A DNA stretch of 64,000 bases, from contig OZ176055.1 in the NCBI GenBank assembly GCA_964247055.1, positions 2,728,001 to 2,792,000 on the forward strand. Reading direction: 5' to 3'. This DNA comes from Paragordius varius (Eukaryota; Animalia; Nematomorpha). How positions within the stretch are numbered: the stretch's first letter is position 1; every line of letters begins with the position of its first letter. Shown here piece by piece: positions 1 through 12,100 of this stretch. The position numbers and the translations under genes were made by a program. The notes beneath the pieces were generated by a model. It worked only from the letters and a program-made list of their open reading frames with translations. It was not told where the DNA came from and did no database searches.

Positions 1-245
1 TCACTTGCTATGCTTATTTTTTCAGCCATCGTGCTTCTAATATAATTTTTATTTTTAATATACCTTCCGCAGTAGCAACCGTAACTGGTAAAAACAAATA
101 TAATGCTGTTGTAACTTTATCATAACTGACTGTCGGGTACTTGGTAATTGATAGCTCTGCAAATTGCTTAGAATTGTTAATTTGAGCGATCTCATCCTTA
201 AGCGAATAAGAAATCGACACCATTTGAATCAGAAAATATTCACCT
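1..245 (-). mobile_element. Degenerate hAT transposase C-terminal dimerization domain (ZMYM1-like family)
   Basis: Minus-strand translation gives ALYLFLPVTVATAE and, after a frameshift, KIKNYIRSTMAE. This matches the hAT dimerization motif LPVTVAxAERSFSKLKLIKNYLRSTM. A likely hAT 5' end lies at 1899. Confidence 0.75.
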
Positions 246-539
246 AAATCGTTTGGATAATAAATTAATTTTTTAGCTGAATCTATAATTCTACTTCATT
301 CATTTTAGATAAATTTGATGGTAGTAGAAACGTACACATATCCCCTTTTTGAAAAACGCTAAATCTGTTATTTAATTGAAATATCACAATAACCAAAAAT
401 ATAAAAAACATTCACCCCAAACTTATCATCTAAATTAGAACTTTTTAATAATTTTACGACTGTTTTGTTGTTGCTATTGTCATTCCGATTAACTGCGACA
501 TTGATATAGCTTTTAATTCGGCTAATGTTTGGTTTGTTT

Positions 540-1420
540 TTTTTGAGGATGTTATTCACCCAACGAGTTATTCTTCCTCTTTTACGAGCACTACTCACTT
601 TTCCCACCATCAGTGACTTTTCAAGTGAAATATATATCATAATGTCGCCAAAATAGGATATTTTTGGCGTATTAGGCTGCCCAGTAGTGACATTTCAGGA
701 TTTATTTTATTTAAAATAGTGGAGTTTGGAATTTGTCTGACCATGTAGTTTGGAAAAATTTCCTCTAAACCCATAATTCGAAAAGTTTTATTAATCGTTC
801 GTCATATTTTTTCAGTGTCGAGCTTTCGCACCCATATACTGTTGCCTTGGTTTTTAGTTTGATATCATGCGACGACAAATCTTTATTTGAATGCAACTGC
901 TTTTGCATGGCAATTTTTCGTTTTATTTCTAGAGTAAGTTGTTGTCCGTGTTTATAATACTGCCCAACGTGTAAATGTTTACGGTTTTAATCTGATTTCG
1001 TTTAAGGTTAATTTATATTACTTTTGTTTTTTAAAGTTAATTTTTAATCCGTATTTATCGCATTCAATTGTAAAGCGATAAAGTGATACTGTCCACAAAT
1101 ATAAGTGTGTAATCTGCGTAATGAACTGATGTGAGCAAGATACTTTCTACGTTGCTGTCAGAAATTTCTGGCATATTTCTTAGTATGCATTCGAGATAGG
1201 TGGTAAAAAGAATTGGGGATAAAACGCAGCCTTGGCGTAAGCCGGGGACCTTATATGAATCACTTATACCGAAGGTGTTGCTACTACAGGCGTGGAATTA
1301 AGTAAATTGGATTATGACGCTGATTAGATGGGTTTATACTCCAAGTGATTTTAGGGATATTTGTTATTTAATGTTGTGGAATCAAATGCATTGGAAATGG
1401 TGACAAAGCAGATGTACAAT
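540..1420 (-). mobile_element. RTE-clade (BovB-like) LINE reverse-transcriptase remnant, 5'-truncated, with stops and frameshifts
   Basis: Successive minus-strand fragments: AFDS, LGVxTHLI, GLRQGCVLSPILFTTYLECILR, VHYAD, YGCESSTLKKYDERLIKLFELW, ILNKINPEMSLLG, KISYFGDIM, SLEKSLMVGKVSSARKRGRITRWVNNI. They are collinear with the RTE/BovB RT and C-terminus. Confidence 0.85.
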
Positions 1421-1789
1421 TTTTTGTTTAATTATATATGTTTCTTCAGTATCCACCACATGTTGCGGTATCAACTAATTATTCTAAATTATTTATTTTT
1501 ACTCTATTTGCTCCTTTTTTAAAAAATGTCAATTGGAGAAAATTTAATGGAATGGATTAATTATTTACTTTTAAATAAAACCGATTATAGAAACAGTGTA
1601 AAAATGCCTTTTTTCGCCTTTTCTTTCTTTTGATCTGTAATAATTCTCTATTCTTTATCAGTACTTTACAATCAGGCTATCTTACTTATTGTTACCTATT
1701 CAAATTTATTCTATCTCTATGATCTAACTTAACTTAACACTTACATATACCGTAAATAAAAGGGTTAATAAATTTTGGGCACCACTTCC

Positions 1790-1899
1790 CGCATATAAAG
1801 GGGGCCTAAAATTTAAAATTCAATAAAAGAAATAAAAAAGGGCCCCTGTTTTTGGGGCCTTCCTCACTGCTCCCCAAGGTCCCAGCAATTTCGCCACTG
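1790..1899 (-). mobile_element. Probable hAT terminal inverted repeat and subterminal region
   Basis: Minus strand begins CAGTGGCGAAATTGCTGGG at 1899, followed by clustered GGGCC/GGCCCC motifs typical of hAT subtermini. The partner end is not in the window. Confidence 0.5.
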
Positions 1900-2097
1900 A
1901 CTTCTAGGTTTATTTTATAATAGAAATGTATATCAAGTTTTTTAAAAAAATATTATTCCATTTATTAACTTAAACAAACCATTTTTGATTTGATTACATT
2001 TTATAGAGAGCCCAGAAATGAACTTCAGACAACACTCTTGATATCGTGACGCTGTTTAACACATCTATCCACTAAATAATCTCAAAGATATATACCA

Positions 2098-3792
2098 ATG
2101 TTCAATCCAATTTATAATGTGAATACAACAAATTTGCGTTTACTTATTAGCTCCATTCTCTTTCGCCTTATAATTTTTTGCATTGTCCGCACCTATTTTG
2201 TCCCAGATGAATATTACCAGGGATCTGAAGTTGCTTACTATTTGTTTGCGGGTAAGGGACAACTCACTTGGGAATGGGAACATAAAATACGTTCATCCAT
2301 ATTTGTTTTAGCTCTAAAACAAATTTATTCGACTCTACGTTATTTAAATCTTGATTCACGAACTTTTATAAAAGCCACCCCTGGAATGGTTATGACCATA
2401 ATAGCTATAATATCAGATGTGACATTTTACAAATTTATCCAAATTTATAGCAAATCTACTTCACTTTTTATATATTTTGCATATGCTACTAATTGGTTTG
2501 TCATATACTGTATGCCCAGATTTTTAGCTAATACGTTTGAAATGCATTTTATTATCTTTATACTGTATTTTTATGCCATTGCTCTAAGACATAATCATAA
2601 ACACAGTGATGGTTATAAAATTTTATATACCTGGATATCAAGTTTCTTAATATGTTTTACATTGTTATACAGACCAACCTTTTTAAGTTTACTGTTACTT
2701 CCACTTTATCAAATCTATCACAGTTTTTATCAACGTGACAAGATAAGACCAATCGATTTATTGACCATATATATTAGTGCTGGTATTGTTGCCTTAACTC
2801 TACATGTACTTTGTGATTTTATATTTTATGGGACATTTCAAATTACGGCTCTAAAATTTTTTCAATACAACCTGATTTACCATATGAATCAATTGTTTGG
2901 TGTACATCCAGTATGGTGGTATTTTGTTTTGGGTATACCCATGACGCTTGGAATCCATTTTTTACCTTTTATGCTTTCTCTAAAATCTATGCCTGTTAAT
3001 TTTCTCATATTTTCATCTATTCCTGTCATTGTACTTAGTCTTATTTCGCATAAAGAGCACAGATTTTTACTTCCTCTACAACCCGTATTCTCCATCGCTT
3101 GTGGTTCATTTTATGCTAAACTGTGGGCAGGTCAAATCCCATGGCTCCGTCGTAGATTCCCACAAACCTGGGTTATAGCACGAAATGTAATATTCACAGT
3201 CGTAATTTTGGTACAAATCAATGTGGCTCTCTATTTCAGCGTTTTACATCAAAGAGGTCCTCTTGACCTTATAGATTTTGTGTGGTCGCAATGGAAAACA
3301 AATAAGTTTGAGTCTCAAATGAATGTTTTATTGGTTATGCCTTGTTTCTCCACACCCGGGTATGCATCACTTCATACTGCAAATATAAGATTGGAAGCTT
3401 TTGTATGTGGACCCATTTTCCCATCAAATAATCTCACCAATTATTCTAATCATACAATTAAAACCGGAATCACTATGCGAAATGATTATGAAAGGTTTCT
3501 TTCGAATCCAAATGAAGTCCTAAACCAATACTTTGATTCACAATCGAAATCAGCTCTTACCTGGAACTATGTTTGTTATTATTCCAATATAAATCATATC
3601 ATGGTACAATATTTAAGCAGTGTTAATTTAACCTTAATTTACAATGACTGCAAGAAATTATTTCACACACATTGGCCAATCGATAATATGGCCACTCATA
3701 TACAATGCCTATGTCACAATAATAAATTACTATTCTCAATATATATTTTCGATATAAATATGATATCACATGATTCTGTAAATCGTAACTGA
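2098..3792 (+). CDS. PIGB: GPI mannosyltransferase 3 (PIG-B), single coding exon, 564 aa
   Basis: Uninterrupted ORF with many hydrophobic segments and the PIG-B motifs TYFVPDEYYQ, LTWEWEHKIRS, LFGVHPVWWYF, SLISHKEHRFLLPL, HQRGPLD, LLVMPCFSTPGYASLH. Confidence 0.95.
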   Translation: MFNPIYNVNTTNLRLLISSILFRLIIFCIVRTYFVPDEYYQGSEVAYYLFAGKGQLTWEWEHKIRSSIFVLALKQIYSTLRYLNLDSRTFIKATPGMVMTIIAIISDVTFYKFIQIYSKSTSLFIYFAYATNWFVIYCMPRFLANTFEMHFIIFILYFYAIALRHNHKHSDGYKILYTWISSFLICFTLLYRPTFLSLLLLPLYQIYHSFYQRDKIRPIDLLTIYISAGIVALTLHVLCDFIFYGTFQITALKFFQYNLIYHMNQLFGVHPVWWYFVLGIPMTLGIHFLPFMLSLKSMPVNFLIFSSIPVIVLSLISHKEHRFLLPLQPVFSIACGSFYAKLWAGQIPWLRRRFPQTWVIARNVIFTVVILVQINVALYFSVLHQRGPLDLIDFVWSQWKTNKFESQMNVLLVMPCFSTPGYASLHTANIRLEAFVCGPIFPSNNLTNYSNHTIKTGITMRNDYERFLSNPNEVLNQYFDSQSKSALTWNYVCYYSNINHIMVQYLSSVNLTLIYNDCKKLFHTHWPIDNMATHIQCLCHNNKLLFSIYIFDINMISHDSVNRN

Positions 3793-5070
3793 GATGATAA
3801 TTTAAAAATGTGTTATACTTCAAATTTTTCACTGTAAAGATTAGTATCATTTTATAGATAAAAAATAGAGTTTAAAAAATGTAGTATACCAGGTGTAGTC
3901 ATAAGTAATTGCTGATTTAATTAAGAAAAGCGTGGGCGAAAATAGGCAGATTATTCTGATATACACGCTATTTTGTTCATCTCACAATGAACTATTAACA
4001 CTCATAATTTAAGTCCGCCAAAAGGTAGGTCTTATTTTTATCCTTCGGTAATAATCTCGAATGAAAAAAAAACATTTGCGGCCGCATTGCTATTTTGGTT
4101 TCGGAAGAAAAATGGTTGAAAGTCATCGTTTGTTGGTGGAAACATATAGTCAACAAGCTATATCGATTAAAACATGAAACATGCTGGAAAATTTAAAATT
4201 TGTCATTACAATGTGAAAGATAGTGGCGCTTTGTTAGACCATACTGCGAAGACAATCAAGTGCAAGAGTTATTGTTTGATGATTGTTAGCATTGTAACAT
4301 AAAAAACAGACAGCAGACATCCACAAGCAACGGGAAAGATCAATAAACTTGGTAAATGTGTCCTACAATTAGAATGAGTGTCAAATCGAAAATCACATGG
4401 TTTGTGAAATGTTCCTTCAGCGTCACGAAAGTAAAATATTTTCGGATCGTGTGAGCAGTGGGTTTTTTGCAATTTCAAGTCGAATATCGTAGCTTTCATT
4501 TTGACAAGCCAATCCATCACCCAAGTCCAAGACCCATGTTAAAGTAAGTGCGTACTTATAGTTACGTATTATGCTTATGTTTGTTTCCTTATCCTTACAT
4601 TTTTATATCATTCATTCATCCTAAATCTCCTCATAGTAGACTTGTTAAAATTTTAAAGTAACATATTTGAAAAAATTGGGAATTTTTGAATTATATAAAT
4701 TTCAGGATAGAAACTAAAAATAATTTTAAAATTTGCGTAAAATTGCGTGATTCTTTCGACAAAAATCTGAGTTAATTAGGCTCCTCGATAAAATGTATAA
4801 GTCCTGGAACACGCATGTAAAATCCAAAGTTTTTAAGAACTAATACATTTTTTCAACTATATTCGCTCAATTTTTTTAATGTCATGGCGATTGTATCTGC
4901 GCACTTTTTGCCTTTTGAGGATATTGTTGGGACAAAACCATGGAAGATTCTACCCATTTTATTGGATTTTTATGAATTTCTACCATTGACTGCATATAAC
5001 ATTTATTTTATATTATTGACAATAAATATGTGATATTTAGAATTTAATATATCGTTTAAGAGTCCAAAGC

Positions 5071-5937
5071 TATCCACAGTGCACAAAATCGAAGGCTATA
5101 ATAAGTATTCTGATGAATTAAATATATTCTGATGGATAAATGTATTAGGATTATGATGGTTGTTTTGGTTTTAGGCCTACGAATATTTTAAAAAAAATAT
5201 ATCCACTTTTGTGATGATTGTTCCATATCGGATCATTTATGCACATTTTAAAAATTATTGGTAAAATCTAAATGCCCCCATTTTAAAAATATCATTAAAT
5301 TATGCCATAAATCATTTAAAAAGCAATCTAAAATTTAAAATTAGAAGCGTATTCTTCGAAAGTCACAAGTTTTAGACCCCTAAATATTACGCCACATTTA
5401 AAGCAAACGAACCTAATCATATTATGAGGTGTTAGAAATAAGCATCACCAAATTATATAGTAAAAGTGTTTTGTATCTTAAAGCGTTTATATACTATTTA
5501 CACCATGTTTCAAGATGCCATAAAATACTATAAATTTGCCAAAATTAAAGAAAAAAATGTATTATTCAAAATTTTCTATTATGATGTCAAATTCTAGTTT
5601 TTATGAAAAATGCTATTACGCATTATTTTTTAAAAAACTGGGCCATTTTAGAGGAGTCCAAAAATATCCGACTCTTGGAGCCTATGCCTAAAATTCTAGT
5701 TAAAAATAAATATTGTTTTGCTTTTTAAATATAGTTTATGATATAATTAAAGGATATTTTTTTAAAAAAGCATTTATATATAAATATGTAATTTACAATT
5801 CCATATGGAATAGTCAACACATGAATTTAACTTTCTAAAATTATTCGTACACCACCATGATAATCCTATTACATTTTCTATCAGAATACATTTCGTCAGG
5901 ATACTTTTATAGCCCCTGATTTTGTGTACTGTGGATA
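5071..5937. mobile_element. Non-autonomous TIR DNA transposon (MITE-like)
   Basis: TATCCACAGTGCACAAAATCGAAGGCTATAA at 5071 is an imperfect inverted repeat (about 31 bp) of TTATAGCCCCTGATTTTGTGTACTGTGGATA ending at 5937. No ORF lies inside. Confidence 0.65.
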
Positions 5938-7535
5938 TAAATGATTTTTAGACGCTTGTGATGTCGAAAAAAGGATACATTCAATTCTGAATCTCACATA
6001 CTTATTGTGAAAAAATATATAAAAATAAATGTTTTGCATCTAACGTTAAGAATTTTATAAAAAATCATTTAAATGGGTAGATTCATCAATGTAAAAAAAG
6101 CGATAATATTTAAATCCGCATGACATCAAATAGATCTAAAATATATAGACCTTGGATTTTTACATTGTTTTAGGGTTTATTAATTTTAAAAGCATATAAG
6201 TAAACAAATTAGTGTCAAAAGATTGTAGGATTTTTACTCAAACCTATATTTTTGTGAAATATACTTGAATTACTACCCTTCAATTTTTTAAAATTCTTAT
6301 ATTCGCAATATTTTCCAAGTCTACAAGTTTACAAGGACATCCATTAAAAAGTTGGCTTTCTATTGTGGAAAACGATCTGGCTATTTTAAATTTGAAAATT
6401 GAAGATGCGGACCGATGCTTATGGCGTACAGCTAGGTGTCCTTGTTGGGAGAAAAAATCCCTAGAGGTTGAAATTTTTACAAGTCTACTAGGAGCAGACT
6501 TATAAATAATGTGTTATAATATATTTAAAAATGAAAGCATAAGTAAAAAACAAAAGTATAAGGACGTAAGTATTTCTGATGTGCTTACTCTAAAATGAGT
6601 CAATGATTTTTGAATCAGAACCATTTTGTATCGGGTGGAACTTGAATCTGTTGTTAATGTATTTTAATTTGGGCCCTTCTCAACAGCTAATTTAAAAAGT
6701 CCAAAATCCTTATATACTGAAAAATTCATAACAAGAAGTTATGGCTATATGGTGTATTTATAAAAGAATTTTAAAATGCGCTTTCTACATTTTGCATGAA
6801 GGGAAATAATTATTAGCCCTAATAAAAATTAGACTCTAGATCCAAATAGGTTCAATATAATTAATATAGCGCTGCACAGAGCACTATGCGGCTCATTTAA
6901 AAAAAATTGCCTAGTTTGCCTTTATAATGGCTAAGGTCACAAATGATTAACAGTTTTATATCTTGGACAATAAAATGTTTTGCAAATTTATTTTTGTGGA
7001 TAATATTTTGAAAAAAATGTCATTTACGGCAAGAGTGAATAAATACAGGCGTTAATTTAAAAAGCGGCCCGACTATGTTTCCATTTGTTGAAGAATCAAA
7101 TTGTCTGGATGGGCCTACACATCTTTCGGTATCAAACACATGATTTTCGGAAACATATTATACTGAAAATTTAGTTTCTCACAGAGTATGGCTTAACTAA
7201 GGAGACAATTAAACAGAACTATGCGGATCACATTTATTAATGCACCGACACCCTTTACAAAAATTGCTAAAACCCAATATTATACATTTTAAATAAACAG
7301 ATTTAAAAATGTATAGCCCCAAATTTTTGTTATATATGCTCTATTCAATACTTAGTTACACATGCTACATGAATAAAAGATTAAAACTTTCCGATCGATT
7401 AATTAAATAAAATATGTATTAATTCTGCAAATTTCAGTAGCTTACCTATGTTAGCTACTAAGATTGTGAATTATTATAGTAAATAATCTTCCAAGATACT
7501 ACAATACTACATGAAAAATATATTTATTGCATATG

Positions 7536-8249
7536 TCACTTATTATCTCCAAAGCATTTCTGATGTTTTTCTTTAATAATTGCTTTAAACTTTCTAAAAG
7601 TCTTATCGGCATCGGAATTGGGATAAGAGTTATGTATATCTATCATTTTCATATTAGATTCAGATTGAGCTAAATATGATATAGGAGCTTGGTTTAAATT
7701 ATTATAAACCAAGCAACATGCATTTTTAACATCATCAAAGTTAAGAATTGCACAGACCATATAATTCATAGGGAGATTAGCATCCAAAAAAGCCAACATT
7801 GTTGCATTAATACAGGCTGTTAATACATGCCATGTTGTAGAACCCGATCTTTGACCAGTTTCAAGTAATTTGATGTTTACAAGGTGGTTTGGATATTTTT
7901 CCAAAATAAATGCTTTGGAAAAAACGTCATATATAAATTGTTTTTGGATTTTTGATAAAACAGGGAACAACGCATACTTCTTGTAACTGTCAATATAATT
8001 TTCTAAATTAAGGGGCTTCTCCCTTTCTTCTTCGCGTAAATCAGATTCGTTTTTATATGTTTCCGATAAGCCAAATAATGCTTTATATGTAACCTCTAAA
8101 TTAGCTCTTTCCGAATTTCGGCCCTCTGGAAGCTTTTCGATTAATATACCACATAACAAAGAAACTTCTTGTGTTGAATAATTTGAAGATCCCTCACATG
8201 TATTTATATATCCAAGCTTAGGGATGTATTCATTTAAATCTTTAACCAT
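7536..8249 (-). CDS. EXOSC5: Exosome complex component Rrp46 (RNase PH family), single coding exon, 237 aa
   Basis: LGYINTCEGSSNYS-EVSLLCGI, ANLEVTYKALFGL, AFILEKYPNHLVNI and LTACINATMLAFLDANLPM match the Rrp46 RNase-PH fold pattern. Confidence 0.88.
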   Translation of the reverse strand: MVKDLNEYIPKLGYINTCEGSSNYSTQEVSLLCGILIEKLPEGRNSERANLEVTYKALFGLSETYKNESDLREEEREKPLNLENYIDSYKKYALFPVLSKIQKQFIYDVFSKAFILEKYPNHLVNIKLLETGQRSGSTTWHVLTACINATMLAFLDANLPMNYMVCAILNFDDVKNACCLVYNNLNQAPISYLAQSESNMKMIDIHNSYPNSDADKTFRKFKAIIKEKHQKCFGDNK

Positions 8250-8580
8250 AAAAATAATTTAAACAGCACTCTATTGTGTTAAACCAAATAAAATACGATG
8301 ATAGGTAGATATATTTATCACGTGATTTCCCATTATATATATAAGCAGACACAACATACCAATGTTCCATTTCAATTTTTTCATAATATTTTCAATTTGA
8401 TTTACCTCCTCCCCCTTTACAAATTTTATTTCAAAATAATTTTCAGGTGCATAAACGGCCCTAAAAAATTAATTAATGTGAGTTTTTTCAGTTTTTTATG
8501 CTCTAAATCTCCATAGCAACCGTATATAATTCATCCAATTAATACACAATGTTAATCTAATCTAATTCTCACGGATTTTG

Positions 8581-8599
8581 TGCGCAACACGTTTGCGCA
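8581..8599. promoter_or_regulatory. GC-rich near-palindrome TGCGCA-N7-TGCGCA in the EXOSC5/INTS3 divergent intergenic region
   Basis: TGCGCAACACGTTTGCGCA stands out in very AT-rich DNA between two divergent start codons. It resembles NRF1-type half-sites; function is only inferred. Confidence 0.3.
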
Positions 8600-9144
8600 G
8601 CTTTTCAGCTGTTTTTATAATACACATAGCTTGTATTTGCTTTCTTTCGCCTCTTTACTTTTCACAAAATATATTTTTATTCGCTTTCTTTTAAACATTG
8701 TAATTGTTATACATTAAAATAATTTTTACCTTCCAATACATCACAAATAACAGATATTTATTAACTATCCTTTAAAAAGATGTGTATTTATTGGTGGTAA
8801 CAATAGTGAATTAAATCATTTAAAAAATTATAAGTTTTAAAACGAGAAGCTTAAAGCAATGAAATTTGTGGGAATTAGATTAGATACTAAGGCATAAATC
8901 GTGTTTAAAAGTTTGTGTCTTAAAAAACATTTTATCCCGTAAAATGTATGATGACTTGTGGCGATTGGTTGTTTGATTTATATAGGTTAGCTGTTAGGGG
9001 GTAAAAGAGCGATTTGTATCTATACTTTAAACTAATTTTTATCTTCTTTTTTCTCTTTGATTTAGACGCCCGAGTTATTTTAGCCATTTGGCTGTATTTA
9101 TAGTGAAGAAATTCTAGCAAGTTTCCCATGGCCTTTTGATAAAA

Positions 9145-12100
9145 ATGCAAAAAAATATGCAAATGACAGTCACACCTAACCTATTAACAACCAACTCTTC
9201 CTCCACAGGTGTAAATTATAATAATAGTCATGTTAATACGACTTACCATGGGAGTAGCCATTTATCAAACGCACCACTTCCTTATAAAACCGTTAATAAT
9301 AATTTTACATCGGGGCAAACAAATCAAAACAACAACTTTGTTTCAAAATCTAAACTTTTGCAACTGAATGCAATCGAACAACGTGATGACCTTGATACGC
9401 ATTTTGCTTACTGTTATTCTGTGCTCGCCTCTCAAATTTCAGGCCTTTCCGATCAGGAAATACATGACACTCTGAATGCACTCGCTTGTAAAGGTATTAC
9501 GCAAAATTATATATTTTTTTGCTTTACAATTTTTTAAAACTTATAACCCTTTATTCAGGTGCCCAACAATATGAAGAAATTTCTATCGCCCTACTTTACA
9601 TAATCTTGACGGAACCGATGAGGTGTCAAAAGAGTTTCCGGGATCTTATGTTAATTTCTCGTGATGGATTCAACCTAGTTTTAACAAAGTTAAATCAGGT
9701 TTTTTACTTACTAATTAATAATTTGTCAAATATTTAATTATTATTTTTATTTCCCATTCCTAATATTTACAAAAAATTTATCGCTTTTAAATATAATAAT
9801 ACCATTTAGATTAAAAAATTATAATATATAATTTGATTTTAAAAATTACTAATCAGTTGATGTTTTTATTTTAAATATCAAGGACGATGTTATATATATA
9901 AGAATCATTATAATATGACCAAATATTAATTTTTATAAAAAACGGCCTTTATTTTTTAATGATTTTCATATGCCGATTAAAAATAAAATTAAAATTCAAG
10001 AATAACCTTAAATTAATTAGTGATTTTTATGTTTATACTTTTATCAAAATATAAAAGTGAAGATTAATAAAAATAATTTGAAAACAAATAATTATATTTC
10101 AAAAAATCGAATTTTTAACTATAATATAAAAAATTTTTTTTGGGGTTGCTATACATCGTTTAGCTTATTAGTCTATCTGCATAGTACTCGTATATTAATT
10201 AAAGTTTGTTTGGATTAAGTAGGTTAGGAACGTATATATTTTCTAAATTATAGGCTTTACCGACGTTTAACTTTTTTAAACCTTCGGGATTTGTAAAAGA
10301 ACTGTTAGGTTCTATATCTGATTTTTCAGTCCTCCGATAGCGCCAATCTTTCTGTTTATGAGATTTTATCTGAGTTTTGATACGTACCAAATTTCTTGAT
10401 AATATATTATGATGAAGTCATTTGACCCCTGTTATTAAATTCTCTTATTATAAAAAATATAACATGTGAAGGCTTTAACAATCGCCTGCCCAGGGCTGAC
10501 AGTGATGATGGAAAAATGCGTAGTTTAGGGGTTTGGCGCCCTACCTACTATACCATCACGCCTTCTATTGAATTTTCTTTATAATCTTTCGGATTGTTAC
10601 CTTAAGATGTGGAATATCCAATTGATTAAGGTATGATAGCCTTGATGGCCTTTGTAAAAAAGTTATTATATAATTTTTTCTGCATTTACTTTAATTCGCA
10701 TTTATTTTACCAAACATTAATCTTCGGGTTTCAGAAAAATCTTTTATGTTAGATTTATGTTAAAAGTATAATGTCTAACGTTGCAGTTATAATCAAATCG
10801 TCTGCATAAAGAATTTCAAATATTTAGCTTTCTTACATATTTTATGTATTATATTCAAATATTGCAAAATATACCATCGGCTATATTGGACATGATTTCT
10901 GTTTTCATATTATAAGACACATCAAATTAACCTTTTAAATCTATAAAAAAATATTAACTATTGAATATTTTAAAGTATTATTTTTATCGGTATAACTTTT
11001 ATTGCGAAATTCGATATATTATACGAGAAAGGTTGCAAATTTTTATGACTCTTGCCCTAAATTTTATCATACAAATGAAATTGAATATCGGTGTTTTAAA
11101 TATATATAACAAACTTGAATTTTTTACGAAAAATTCGCTTAATGTAGTTAAAAAACTATTTTAAGTATTTAACTTGTTGGAACAATAATTAATTAATTTA
11201 AAAGCATATAATTTTTTAACGCTTTTCTTCTTCTTTCCTGAAGTCTCTATATTTAATACAGTGAACATCCCTATCACAAAGGTTTTTTTAACTGGTGAAT
11301 AAATTGAAAAAAATCTATTATGTAACTAAGATTGAATCCAGTTTTTTGACTCACCAAATAAAACACCCTTTAATGCTGATTAATAGCAAAATTTCACATT
11401 TTTGATATTATTTAGTTATTCCCAACTGTAAAATTTAATATATTTAACAGTAGAATTTTTTATTTTAATTTTGGAGTTAATGAATTACTTATATATTTAA
11501 CAGTTTGGTATAACCTAAATTTTGCCGACTTTGTTCAGGTTTGATAATATGAGCAGATTTTAACAGTGTAATAATAATTGGCCAGATGTTTATGTAAAAT
11601 TATTATAAATAGTTGAAAGTAAACCAAAATATTAATTAATATTTATATGTATTCATTTCTTAGAGCTGAAAAAATAATTACAACTAAAAAATCCGTAAAC
11701 ATAAGTTACAAAAGATGTAAAGTGCGTCAATATAATATATGTATATGTGTTTGCCATTTATTCACTAAATTACAGATTACTTTTATAAAATACTTTTAAC
11801 AATGACATTGATTTTTTATTTATTTATTGAACACCATTTTTATATATTAACATTTCGATTCAAATTGGGGTATATAAATACCCCAAGCCATATTTATAAT
11901 GGTATAGTTAAAACCACTGGAGGAGACGATTCCAATTTAAATTTATACTTCTACCTTAATAAAAATTATATATATGAGCCAAAATATAGAAATAAAATTT
12001 AGTTTTGAAAAATTTTTTTATAGCAAACTGTTTCGATACCATTTTTTTACAACATTTTGCCGAATATCGTGTTTTTTTATTTTAACGCTTAAAAAAGTTA

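Noticed and set aside
4130-4520. ORF 4269-4520 and an integrase-like RHPQATGKINKL motif on the plus strand
   Set aside because: A single short motif among stops, with no LTRs or other domains; too weak to call.
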